Below are positions 48,610-59,301 of a DNA stretch of 59,301 bases, piece after piece. Below the pieces are notes generated by a model. It saw only the letters and a program-made list of their open reading frames with translations. It did no database searches and was not told where the DNA came from. Position 1 is the first letter of the stretch, and the number at the start of each line of letters is the position of its first letter. Both the position numbers and the translations under genes were made by a program. Source of the DNA: Lenisia limosa. Taxonomy: Eukaryota > Protista > Breviatea. The DNA lies in contig LPNZ01010590.1 of the NCBI GenBank assembly GCA_001655205.1, positions 1 to 59,301 on the forward strand, given 5' to 3'.

Positions 48610-51600
48610 TTGGAGAATAGAAAAACTGTTCACTTCTTTTTTTTTTCGATCATCTTACTGATTAGTCCCCAAAATAATGGGAGTACTGAAGATCCATTTT
48701 TATCGATTCGGTCCAGTCAAGATGGCCTCTATCCTCTTGAGTCCACGCCTGGTTTTACAGACGACTTGCTGACAAGGTATCCTGACGACGATTTTTTAGG
48801 ATACCAGGACAACTCACAGAATTACTCAGTAACTTCCACCCCCAACCCTTCGGATGTTTTACTGAACCCCAACACTCCGAAACACGTTACCCCTGGACCT
48901 GCCCCTGGCGCACCATCCTCTTCCTTCACCAAGCCAAAGCCCGAACCGAGCAATCAACAAAGAGAACGCGCTGTGAGCTTCGCATTAGATGTTGATACAG
49001 CAGATCAAAAGGCTGCTCCAGGTGTGAAAGAAGCCAAGAAAGAGCTTGGAGGTGAAGAGCCAAAAGACATTAGAACAGTTCCAACTGCAAATCCTGAGGT
49101 GAAGCCACAGTCTTTTGAACCACAGATATCTTACACTATCAATGAAAGGGAAACTCCCGCCCAACCTCCTGAGAGCGTTGAACCTGCCCACCCCCAGATT
49201 GATGAAGAATCTTCCCTTGTTCAAGCTTCCACCCCTCCTGAGAGCGTTGAACCGATTGATGCAGAATCTTCCCTTGTTCAAGCTTCCACCCCTCCTGAGA
49301 GCATTGAACCTGCCTTTAATGTTGGAGTGCCCTCTACTGAAGTGTTTCCCCATTCTCAATCCAGGATTGAAGTTGTGATGGGTCCGCTTCCCCCCTATGA
49401 AGTTGACATCGAACCTCCTCCCCGGCCATTTTCCCCCGACCCCCCAGCAACTTCCAAATCTACACTTTTTATTGAGCCTTATAAACCACCAAAGCAAATG
49501 TATGTCAAGTCTCCAGTTCCACCAGTGCAAACCCCGGTGAAGGCCTCACATCTGAGAGAGCTCGGCCCAGTACCGAAGGAAACTGTCACAAGTGGACCTC
49601 TTGCGTCGTCAGTATCGCCGCTCGACCGAATCCGCTTCAAGCCAGGCCGATCCTTTGACATCCCCATCGATTACTCCCAAACTCCGGAAGAGCCTTTGGA
49701 AGTCTTTCAGCCGCTGGTAAAGGAAAAGGAAGAAATAGGTAAAGAAAAGAAGAAAGAGAATGCAAAGAAGGAGAAAGCAAAGAAGAAAGCAAGGAAAGAA
49801 GAGCAAGTAATTGAGAAGGAACAACTGAAGCAGCCATATGAGAGATTCTCTGAATTCGACCGTAATACGTCGCCTGAACCCCTGGATGTCAACCCCTCGC
49901 CAGGGCCTAAGAATTTGCATGTAATTCATGCTGAGTTTGTCATTGATACTAGTCCTGACCTGGTTGATCTCGATGCGTCATACCATGAGTACGAGGCGCA
50001 AGACACCTCATTTGTCACATTTACTGACCTCCCGAAGTTTGCCGACGCTTCTGACCCCACCATCGTGGAATCGGAGGCGATGAGCAAACCGGACATTGTC
50101 CCCATCCCATCCTGTGCTGTCGGTAATGATTCTGGCAGGTCTGCCAGCCTGGAGTCAGAAGACCTGGAAATGGCCGAGATGGAGGCTGAAATTGCCCGTG
50201 AAATGGAAGAGTTGCTAAAAGAACAAAAGGAACTTGAGGAGATTGACCAAATGATGGTTGAATTGGAAGAAGCAGAGGAGCTGGTCCGACAGCTGGAGAA
50301 GGAGGAAAAAGCTTTGGCACAAGAGGTTGGTTGAAGGGAGTGGGGTAATCAAATAGTGTCTTTGTTGCATTTTACTTCAAATTAGATGAGACCTATTAAC
50401 CCTTTTAGGAACAGTTGGAAGAGTTAATAGAATTGACTGAGGACCAATCAGCTGAACTGCCAAATCGCACCCGAAGCACATCGCCCTCAAGCCCTCTCCC
50501 CAAGACCCCAATCCCAATCCCCCCTCCATTATCCCTCAAACGTCCCGCCCACAAAGTCATATCCCCTCGAAAACCTGGCAAAACGTCTAAAAAGTCTCAA
50601 CAAGCCACCCCTAAAAAGCCTAAAAACTCTGCCACCCCGAAAAAGCCTGTTGATTCAAAGAAGCCTTTATCTGAGCAGTCAACTCCTGCTGAAAAACCTT
50701 CTCTTAAAGGAAGAGCGCAAACTCCTGCCAAAAAAGGGAAAGAAAAGAAAGAAGTTAAGACTCCTGGCAAGGTCAAAAAAGATGGCAAAAAAGAAGACAA
50801 GGCACGTAAAGCCTGTCAGCCAAAAAGCCGAAGACTCTTCATGACCCCCCCTGGTAAGCTTTTACTCCTCTCTTCTTCATCTTCCATAGTATGATATTTC
50901 ATCCAACAACTAAAAATGTAGGGAAAACACCGACCCCACAACCTGAGGAGTTCTCCCTCCCTGTTATCTTTGCCGACCTCATAGCCGACGGTACTGAGTT
51001 GACAGTTCCCGTTGTCATTCCTGGACCGGTTCTTTCACCCCCTCCACAACCCCAAAAGAAGCCTGACAAAGAAGCATCATCATCAATTCCAAAAGAGGTC
51101 AGGCAGCCTGAACGCCTGTCCCCCAAACGACTGCAATCTGAGAAGACCCCGTCGAAGCCAATGCCGGGCCTTGCTCGTCTCTCGGTGCGTTCCAAGAAAA
51201 AGCCGGAGCGAAGCCCTTTCAGCCCCCTCACGCAACGCGATCAGAGCAGCGTGTCCCCTTTCGCGCCCTATGCCAAGCATAAGGGACTCAAGAACCATGG
51301 AACAGGTATGGTGCTTGTTCGTTATTAATATAATATGAAGCAATGATTGTACATAATGCATAATGCAGACGAGTGTTTAGTAAGATGTAAATGCTCTTGA
51401 GTGTTGACCATTTTAGCTGGTCCTCCAATGCCCTACATGAGTGACACAGAACTTGCTGAAATGGAAGAAGATAAGGTAAAGCAGAAGGAAGAAGAGGATG
51501 CTGAACTTAAAAGAATCGTGAGAGGGAGACAGGGATATTTCCTTTCAGTTATTCATCGATATACGGCCATCTCATGATTTAGTCTGAGGAGGAAATTGAG

Positions 51601-54120
51601 ATTCGCGAGAAGGAAAAAGAGCTGGTTGCTGCTGCTGCGAAGTTAAGACAACAACGAAGTGACAAACTCAAAGAAGTAGGGTGGGGGGTAACATTACCAG
51701 GGCTTAGCAGTGAATCGGTGATACTTGTCATATATTATACAAAAAAATACAACATGTGCATCATAATTTATATTAATGATATGTAAATTGAAAGGATAAA
51801 ATGAAAGTAGTATATACTGACATACTAGATCGATCATATAGTTTTAATGCATTTTTTTAAGGTTCTTTGCATATAATATTGTTGTTTATTACGATTAGGC
51901 TGCCCGCATTAGGAAGGCACGAAAAGAGCAAAAAGACTCGGAAAAGAAGGAAAGAGCGGAGGCTAAGATTAAAGCCAGACAGAAGGTATCTTTTTATTCT
52001 ACCTTGCGATAGGAGATGCCAAACTGACCCATCAGGCTGACGACAGGGCAAGTTCAGTTGATGTATCAAAGGTCGTGATACCGAAAAAACAGGTTTGGTT
52101 CATTTCTGAACTGCTGATGTGAAATTCAACCCCACATGACTTTCTAGACTGTTGATAAGATTCCTGCCATTTCAGTCAATTTGACCATTCCCAAAAAGGT
52201 GAGGATCTTGTACTGCGGGGGGGGGGGGGNNNNNNNNNNNNNNNNNNNNNNNNNNNNNNNNNNNNNNNNNNNNNNNNNNNNNNNNNNNNNNNNNNNNNNN
52301 NNNNNNNNNNNNNNNNNNCCCTTTGTTCACACTCAACCTCCTGTTACTGACTCGGTAAGCAAATATTATTTTTCGGCCTCTTTCGCGACCATTATTTGGT
52401 TAACTAAATGCAGGCGAAACCATGGCCGAAGAACTCTGAAGCCATAAGGCCGGTCTGGTCTAAACCACAGAGAAAACACAAAACAAGATCCTCGCTTGTA
52501 GCCAAGCCAGGTATATTTACGGCCCACCCTTCTTTGATCTGCTTTTACTCCTTTAGTTGACCCTCTTGACGGACTTATGCAGGCTACAGGCTCTACACCA
52601 GTACCGCCATCTCCCCCCCGGTCGCCCGACTCCCAGCAAGTTGTGGGCTACAGGCCGAAGCCAAGATCGGATGTCGAACCTGCGCCTATAGAGCCGAAGC
52701 ACGATGGTCCCGATGAAATGGTACGTTATCACCCTATTTTGTGTTTTACCTTCAAGGTCTTCTCTTCTCCGTACGACAACCCCACGACTTCCGATGCCCA
52801 GGAGCCCAACTACGAGTCGGCATACCCCGCCCAGAAATACAGTAATCAGTTCAACCAGTCGAACCCTCCATGCTTCCCCCAGCCCATTAATACTGGCTAT
52901 GCCAGTGAAGGACCATACCAAGACATGGGCCAAGCCAACTACCCAGACATCGCCAACCCGCCGTATCAAGATACCAGACCTGCTTTCGACAGCTTTACAC
53001 AACCCTACGACACACACGACTCTTCAGCATTGTTCATGACTTACCCTGATGGTGTTGCACCCGGTAATTATACCTCCTACTCGAAGGAATCAACCCAGTA
53101 TTCCAATTACCAGGACGTATGTGTGGTGTTTATGAAATAAGTCTCTCTCTTTATTTTGACCGCTTGATTTGATTCCTCAGAGCCGCGAGAGACGGACTCA
53201 AGGCGCCCGACACGGAACAGAACAGACAAAGAGGCGAATTGGCCGTGACCTGCGCTCCCCCCGTGAGCGTCGTTCGAGGAGAGGCATCCCGCGTAGCCGA
53301 AATAGTCAGAGCGCGAGACCGCGCGAGCCTGAGTTGGAAAAGCCGTCCCGAATGCAGAACATTGACCACTTGCCCCCTTTGATGCAGAAAACCACCGCCA
53401 CCATCACTCCTCTTGGAGGACAACAGTACAGCCAGCAGTATTTTCCGGTTTCTCCCCAAGAATATGTAAGATGGATAACTGTCCTTTTTTCATTTTCATA
53501 TGTGCGTACATTTGTTATTGACAGTTAAATACGGATAGCATCTTTTCATACCACACATTTAGAGATAAGGTTTTGAAATCTCCGTTATTATTTGAAAGCA
53601 AACTAAAATCACTCACCCCCCCCCCCCAAGGCGAATGGANNNNNNNNNNNNNNNNNNNNNNNNNNNNNNNNNNNNNNNNNNNNNNNNNNNNNNNNNNNNN
53701 NNNNNNNNGGGCCCGCCAGGCCTGGGCGGGTGGCCGGATAGCAACTGGGGCTGACCTGCAGTTTGAGGGATCCATCATCATGACTTTCGTTAATCTCTTG
53801 CAATGCTCATTACTGTAGTTTTTAACAAGCAAGCGGGTGTGACTGTTTTAATGTATTTGTACTATGGTTCAGTTAATTTTTGGTTAATTAATGCCAAATA
53901 AACAAAGAGAGCAACACACAAGAGCTATAGGGTAGCATAGAGAAACCTTAATTTTTGTGACGATTATTCGACGAAAAGCGGAACAGCAGCTTTCGAGCTT
54001 CTGAACTACGCTTTATCATGGGGTATTGTCGGTTGCGGAACAAAAATGGTCTTGTTATTTGCCCCAAGCCCCTTTACAGGCTTGTTAGGATTGTTGTGTC
54101 CTCTTCTGGTCTAGGAGAGG
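48610..54120 (+). CDS. Large low-complexity (Pro/Glu/Lys/Ser-rich, largely disordered) uncharacterised protein, multi-exon
   Basis: Long open exons (48610-50334, 50415-50894, 50891-51328, 52577-53140, 53169-53528) that I read as joined by GT-AG introns (one junction traced in frame: ...AKP/VDPLDGLMQ...). Includes internal PPESVEP/ESSLVQAST repeats and Glu/Lys coiled-coil stretches. Ends are uncertain and N-gaps interrupt the model. Confidence 0.6.
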
Positions 54121-54202
54121 TCTGTGGAAGTCGGGGTGGGGAGAGGCAGCGTCAGCAGCCACGTTGACAGATCAGCATCAGGCTCTATTTCCGTGTACAT
54201 AC

Positions 54203-54272
54203 TGATCCGGATCCGACTCATCAAATAAAAGCGAGGATCCGGATCCGGTTTTAGAATCCGGGTAGGATCCGA
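54203..54272. repeat. Cluster of palindromic GATCCG/GGATCC units
   Basis: GATCCGGATCCG occurs twice, plus further ATCCG/GGATCC units, within about 70 bp. Confidence 0.6.
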
Positions 54273-54399
54273 CAAAAGCTCTGGTAATATCTGCCAGACA
54301 GTTCTAGTGGAGTACAATATTCTGGGAACTTGACCCTCTTATGAAAATTGGTGTTCCCCAATCGACTGAATATCTGATGAAAGTGAGTATTACCAAATC

Positions 54400-57300
54400 C
54401 AAAGTAAACTACTGAAGAGCTGGGCAGTCCAAAGATGTTAATTGCTTGATGCGTCTCAGGCTAATAACCAAAGATAGAAGCCATAAATAAACAAAACCTA
54501 GCCCAGGAGGGCAGACTCTACTGAGCTGTCAGCTTGCTGGACGACAGAAACCACGGACGCTTCGTCATCATCCCTCACTCGTCTCTTGACGGCAACCATT
54601 CCTGCCACATCATAATGGCAATTAAAAGGTTTTAACAAAAACATCATGAGTTGTCACAAACCAAGAGTATTCTGTGGATTAGGGATGAGCACAGCGTCAG
54701 TGCTTGAGGCGGTTTCTGATGAAGTGGACGGAATGGGAGTAGGTACTGGTTCAGGGGCTGGGGCTTGTCAGTAAGGTAAAAGCAAAACAGGGTTGACGCA
54801 TACTATTTAATTTTGCAGCTGCGGCGGCGGGATTATTGAGGGCCTCAGCGAGAGCTCTTCTCTCAATCCGAGCCATGAGATCCGAGGTCGAAATACCTCT
54901 GGAAAGGGTCAAAACAAGACATTTTCAAAACTACCAACCCTGTTCTGGGGGTGACACGAGTCATGCCAAGTTTCCGGGGGACAGCATAATATCTAGAGGA
55001 TATAAGCGGGAAAGGAGACCAACTTGTCATCTGGCTTCTCATACTCCTCTGAATGGGCGACTATGTGAATGTTGTGCTCCCTAAAGGCATAAAGTGGGGG
55101 TTCCCCTTTGTTTCGAAATAACCTCTTTCCATGCTCACTTCAAGAACTCCTCAGTAAGGCCAAAAGTGGGAGCATCAGGAATTACCTTATGCACAAATTT
55201 GCTGAAAGGTTACAATATAATACCACGTACTCACCATGCGGCCACAGTGGCGTATCTCTCGTTTTCTGACATTACTGGTTTACGCTGGAGTTGTTATTGG
55301 AGAAATTCTTTTAAATGAAAAACCATGACATTTACCCACCTTGTAAACCATCGCATCCTTATCTCCAGTAACTCCAACGAAAAGTCTATTACCGAAAGAT
55401 GCAGCAGCAGCAAGGGCTCTCATATGTCCCAAATGGCACATGTCATAAATTCCTGTTTGAGATAAGATGGAATGCGAACTGAACCCATACAAACCGTCAC
55501 AATAGACGTTTTTAAAAACTGTGAAAAGAGGAAGGCGAAGATGGTATGTAACATCAAGTAATACAGAAACCTGAAAGGATAAGACTAGTTGACATCGGAA
55601 TGGAGGGTTATTACAAGGGCTCCGTGCAATGAATTGCCAATTAATTGAAAAATGTAATGAGTTGTGTAAAAAAGATAAATAAAACTTCCGTATTTTTGGC
55701 TGGGCACAAGTATATTCAGTGAAATAAATTCGAAATGAATACTGTTAAAACCTTGTCTATTTTTGAAAGTTTCCAGCAGCCACTCAATAGTTAGATTTAT
55801 TTCAAAATAATGTTGTAGATATGATTGTCTACAAAAGATTGAAACTTATTCCGCAATTATTTTCAATAATTGGCAATTAATTGTAAGGTGCCCTAGTTAC
55901 TACACAGCCACATACATGATAAAAGAGAAGGATCGCAATTGAAGCGAAATTATCACAAAGGCCAATCATAGAGAAAACAATGAGCCACTGATGGGCCTCT
56001 CTTTGTGCAATACGTGACAAAATAACGTCACTAAAGCGTCATTTTTTGAATACAAAAATATTTTTGTTGGAATTCATAGTATTAGCAGCCTTATTCTCTG
56101 CTGCACCCAGAAAATTAAAATTTCTTCAATGTTAATTCCGAACTCAAGTTAAAAAAAACTGAACTACAAGACTTGCAAAATCAAATCCATGCTTACGAGA
56201 TTATCACAGACAAAACAAGGCCATCGCAAACAACTGACTCCATGCTAATGTTGAATCCGTAGAAGGCTGCTCCAAGACCGGGAAGTGCTCTGTAAAACTA
56301 AGGTGTTAGAGAACAAAAGTAAAATATGGCTTTGCTTGTGTCAATATAACTGGAGAATATGACTCTGACTTACGAGGGCTACTAGCAGAACAAATCTAGA
56401 AATAGACTTCTTGGTTAAGCGAAACACCTAGAATGAGTTTCAGTACCCAGGATGCGAACAAACCTTCACATAAGCAGCAATGAGGCAAGAGATATAAATG
56501 ACAGTTGCGAAACTGTTAACACCAGGAAACAAATACTAGAAAAATCAGAAAGAAGCCCACATATCTTACAGGGATCAGGTGATTCTGTAAGTCATCAACC
56601 ATTATAAAGAGAGGTTCGAAGTAGCTAAACTATAAATCAACGAATGCTGCCTTACTTGGCATTAATGAAGGAGGTGACATATATATAGACCAACTGGATT
56701 GCAATAAAGATCAAGAGAAACTCTCCAGTACTAAAGCAGTGAGAGTGCCGGAAATGATAAGTAAGCCTTACCCCATAAGAATAAAACTTTTTGTTCCATA
56801 GTACTTCAGTGCGTTAACATGGATTATGAGAAGGAGGAGAAGAACACTCTGTGAGATAAAGACTTTGATTGAACCCTCAACCAACCTCAACCAACATCCA
56901 TTGGGTAACTGTATCGCGAATTCCGAAAATGATACAAAGAGTCAAAGTCAAGAAAACAGAACCGATAACTTCACACGCACGAGAAAACTAGAAAGTTAAA
57001 CATGAACAGAGAGCATAAATATACTATTTCTCCAAGAGGTGAAACATTTCGGGTGATCTCCGCATGAATTCCGTCAATTTGATCAAGAACAAAGAAACAG
57101 GCGACGAGGAAAGCCACTCCCATTGTAACTGGAGATAAGGAACATACACCAAATTTCTACCCACCAAGTGAAGGATGTGTGTCATAGTAAAGGACACATA
57201 CATACCATCCATGTAAAAGGCAAACCAAACTAATCTAAAAAAGGTTAAAGGACGGAACTTGAACAAGAATACAGATATTGCAAAGAATTTAGTAGAAAAA

Positions 57301-57521
57301 AAAAAAAGGTAGCATACCAAAGAGAGCACATTCGGGGCAACATTATCTGGAATACAGCTAAGAAGCTTCTCATAAACAGGATGGAGAAGCTGTAGAGATT
57401 AGTCTGGTAAGAAAAATATGTTTCTCACCTTTCCCGAAAGTGAACAGTCTGTCCTGTCAGTTCCATACTTTTCAAAATGGATGCGGTCATTTTCAGTGAG
57501 AAAAATGTCCGGAACTTTCAT
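54400..57521 (-). CDS. Fusion of a degenerate CDP-alcohol phosphotransferase (CEPT-like) membrane domain and a choline/ethanolamine-phosphate cytidylyltransferase domain; 3' end approximate
   Basis: N-terminal: LHPVYEKLLSCIPDNVAPNVLSL, LDQIDGIHAEITRNVSPLGEI/FSRACE, then several TM exons. In-frame junction ILLFYH/VSVLLDVTYHLRLPLFTVFKNVYCD/GIYDMCHLGHMRAL (HxGH). Later KVIPDAP, HIVAHSEEY, YYAVPRKLG, GISTSDLMARI. Confidence 0.87.
55614..55896. mobile_element. Tourist/PIF-Harbinger-like MITE, 283 bp, with TTA TSD, in the fusion-junction intron
   Basis: About 40-bp imperfect TIRs (CAAGGGCTCCGTGCAATGAATTGCCAATT... vs reverse complement CTAGGGCACCTTACAATTAATTGCCAATT...), flanked by TTA at 55611-55613 and 55897-55899. 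Confidence 0.8.
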
Positions 57522-57724
57522 ATTAGGTTGGTTTGACTGCAAAAAACAAAACAAAAACAGAGGGGAATTGAACGCAAATTGCGCAGGCGCCTTTTATTAT
57601 GTGCCAGGAGTCTCGGTGTTAGCCTATCCTTTATTTTTAGAACATAGAGGTGCGATAGAGGTGACCGACCTGACCACCCCAACATTTTATCTTCACCTGC
57701 ATCCACCCTGCATCACACAACACA

Positions 57725-59301
57725 ATGTTCACAACAGCCCAAATATCAATTGTGCTCTTTTACATCGCACTTCTGACATGCAACTTTGTGTTGATTCAAT
57801 TAACGAAGAGTGGTGCATCATACACCTACAGCCCTGCTGCAGTCACCTGCATCATTGAAATTGCGAAGATTGGTATTTCTGCGGTACTCCTCCACAGAGA
57901 TCGGCAAAGCAGTGACATTCGATGTGAAGTGACAAAGAAAACGCTCCTCTTTAGGTTAGCCACAAGGAACTGTTACCTCTTTTCTATTCCTCTATATATT
58001 TCTTCAAATAATTTGACAGTGTTCCTGCTCTCCTTTATGCGCTACAAAACAACCTTGTTTTCTACACTCTCCTTGTTCTTGCAGCCCCGACTTTCTCAGG
58101 TATGTATCATTTTTAACTCGTATGGTGTGATGTTGTCAATATTTCTACATCATGCTTTAAGCCTACAAAACACTTTTTTAAAAAAAAATTGACCACTAGT
58201 GATGCTGAATTTTCGAGTCATTGTCGTTGCTATTGTCTACAAATACGCCTTAAAGCGCACGGTGACAGCCAAACAATGGCTTTCCATGGCCATCATTATC
58301 ATTGGTTGGTGGCTCATTTGTTTGAATCTTATGAACATTTTTGTCATGGTTCTTTAGGAGTCGCTTTCACACAAATCACCCCGGAGTTTAGTTTCAAAAT
58401 GAGCATAGAGGGATTCATAATGGTACTTGTAGTGGTATGTTGGGAAGTGAGCTACATAACTGATGCCAAATTTTTTTTTTTGTCTCATTTTTCACAAAAT
58501 ATGTCTAATTTTCAAAAATAATGATGTATCTTTTTATTGGGATTAAATACTATTCTTTTTTTGCACAGAATTTTTTAAACAATATTTGATGTCTTTTTCA
58601 CGAAATAAACACGTGAAACATCGGTGATCTGTGCTTATTTTGGCCCACCCCCCTTGGTGGCGATGACAGCTTGAAAACATGATGGTATTGTGTCAATTCT
58701 TATCTTTTTTGAGGTGATTTCAAAACAAGCAGATTGCTGCTTTTCCATCATATTTGATTCAGAGGTGGGTTTAACAAGAAGCACGGTGTTTGTCATCAAG
58801 TAGTATGGCATGTTCAATTAGGTTAAACCACAAAATGGCTCAAAGTACACCATTTTTTAAAAGAACCCAACTTCCCATATTTTATGGTTGGATTTGGTGA
58901 ATGACAAAAATCAAAATGTATGCCAAAAAAGAATTTTGGTGCAATTCACACTTAAAAAGACATATATTGCGAAAAGTTATAAAAAAACAACTTTTTGCCT
59001 TTACTTATGTCGCTCACTGTTTGTATTTTTTGTGGTGTGTGTTGTCCGTGACATTTTAGTGTTGTCTATCCGCGTTTAATGGCGTTTATTCTGAGCTTCT
59101 TTTAAAGCAAATCGATCAAAACTTGCATTGGCAGAATATTCAACTCTATATCTTCGGATCAATCGTCAACTTCTCTGCCTATATCTTCCAAGTGGGTGAA
59201 TTCTCAGGGGGGTGGAGGGGTAATTATTTGATGTGATATGAAAGAATTCATACCATATGATTAGGGTGGTCGTCAAATATATATGCTAGGCAACCTAAAC
59301 T
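57725..59301 (+). CDS. SLC35A-type nucleotide-sugar transporter, cut off by the right window edge
   Basis: YTYSPAAVTCIIEIAKIGIS, SNNLTVFLL, KQWLSMAIIIIG and, after a 625-bp intron, CCLSAFNGVYSELLLKQ...WQNIQLYIFG. Confidence 0.85.
58446..59018. mobile_element. Non-autonomous TIR element in the SLC35A intron
   Basis: Imperfect TIRs: AGTGAGCTACATAACTGATGCCAAA... vs reverse complement AGTGAGCGACATAAGTAAAGGCAAA..., with similarity continuing to ...ATATGTCT. No clear TSD. Confidence 0.65.

Noticed and set aside
9993-53708. ORFs spanning N-runs and the poly-G/C/A tracts beside them as biological features (e.g. G-quadruplexes)
   Set aside because: Almost every gap is flanked by a homopolymer, which is typical of short-read assembly breaks, so lengths and frames there are unreliable.
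55500-55595. ATG at 55595 (MSTSLILS) as the start of a stand-alone cytidylyltransferase gene
   Set aside because: The segment that would have to be an intron instead reads in frame as VSVLLDVTYHLRLPLFTVFKNVYCD, and the upstream exon joins it in phase 0 through an intron of normal size once the MITE is removed.

Overview
A 59.3 kb window from an intron-dense microbial eukaryote. Introns are GT-AG and mostly about 30-100 nt, and the epsilon-tubulin gene implies centrioles or basal bodies. The assembly has many N-gaps next to homopolymer runs, so gene models are hand-spliced and some ends are approximate. Housekeeping genes: importin beta-1, epsilon-tubulin, a DHX36/57-type DEAH helicase, tRNA-Leu(AAG), an N-myristoyl-type EF-hand calcium sensor, an FtsJ/RlmM-type methyltransferase, a NEM1/CTDNEP1-like phosphatase, RPL8, an Aa_trans amino-acid transporter, probable MED27, RPL24 and an SLC35A-type nucleotide-sugar transporter. 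Most notable: (1) a 6.2 kb minus-strand locus joining a Pol-beta-fold nucleotidyltransferase to a ZZ finger, WGR-like domain and PARP4-like ADP-ribosyltransferase, where the join depends on which of two acceptors 4 nt apart is used; (2) a Kennedy-pathway fusion of a catalytically degenerate CDP-alcohol phosphotransferase domain and a cytidylyltransferase, whose junction intron holds a Tourist-like MITE; (3) stacked RNase H-bearing non-LTR retroelement fragments just upstream of the tRNA gene; (4) three snR38/SNORD1-like C/D snoRNA copies in and downstream of RPL24; (5) long introns that can be explained by TIR-element insertions. No CRISPR array or rRNA gene was seen.
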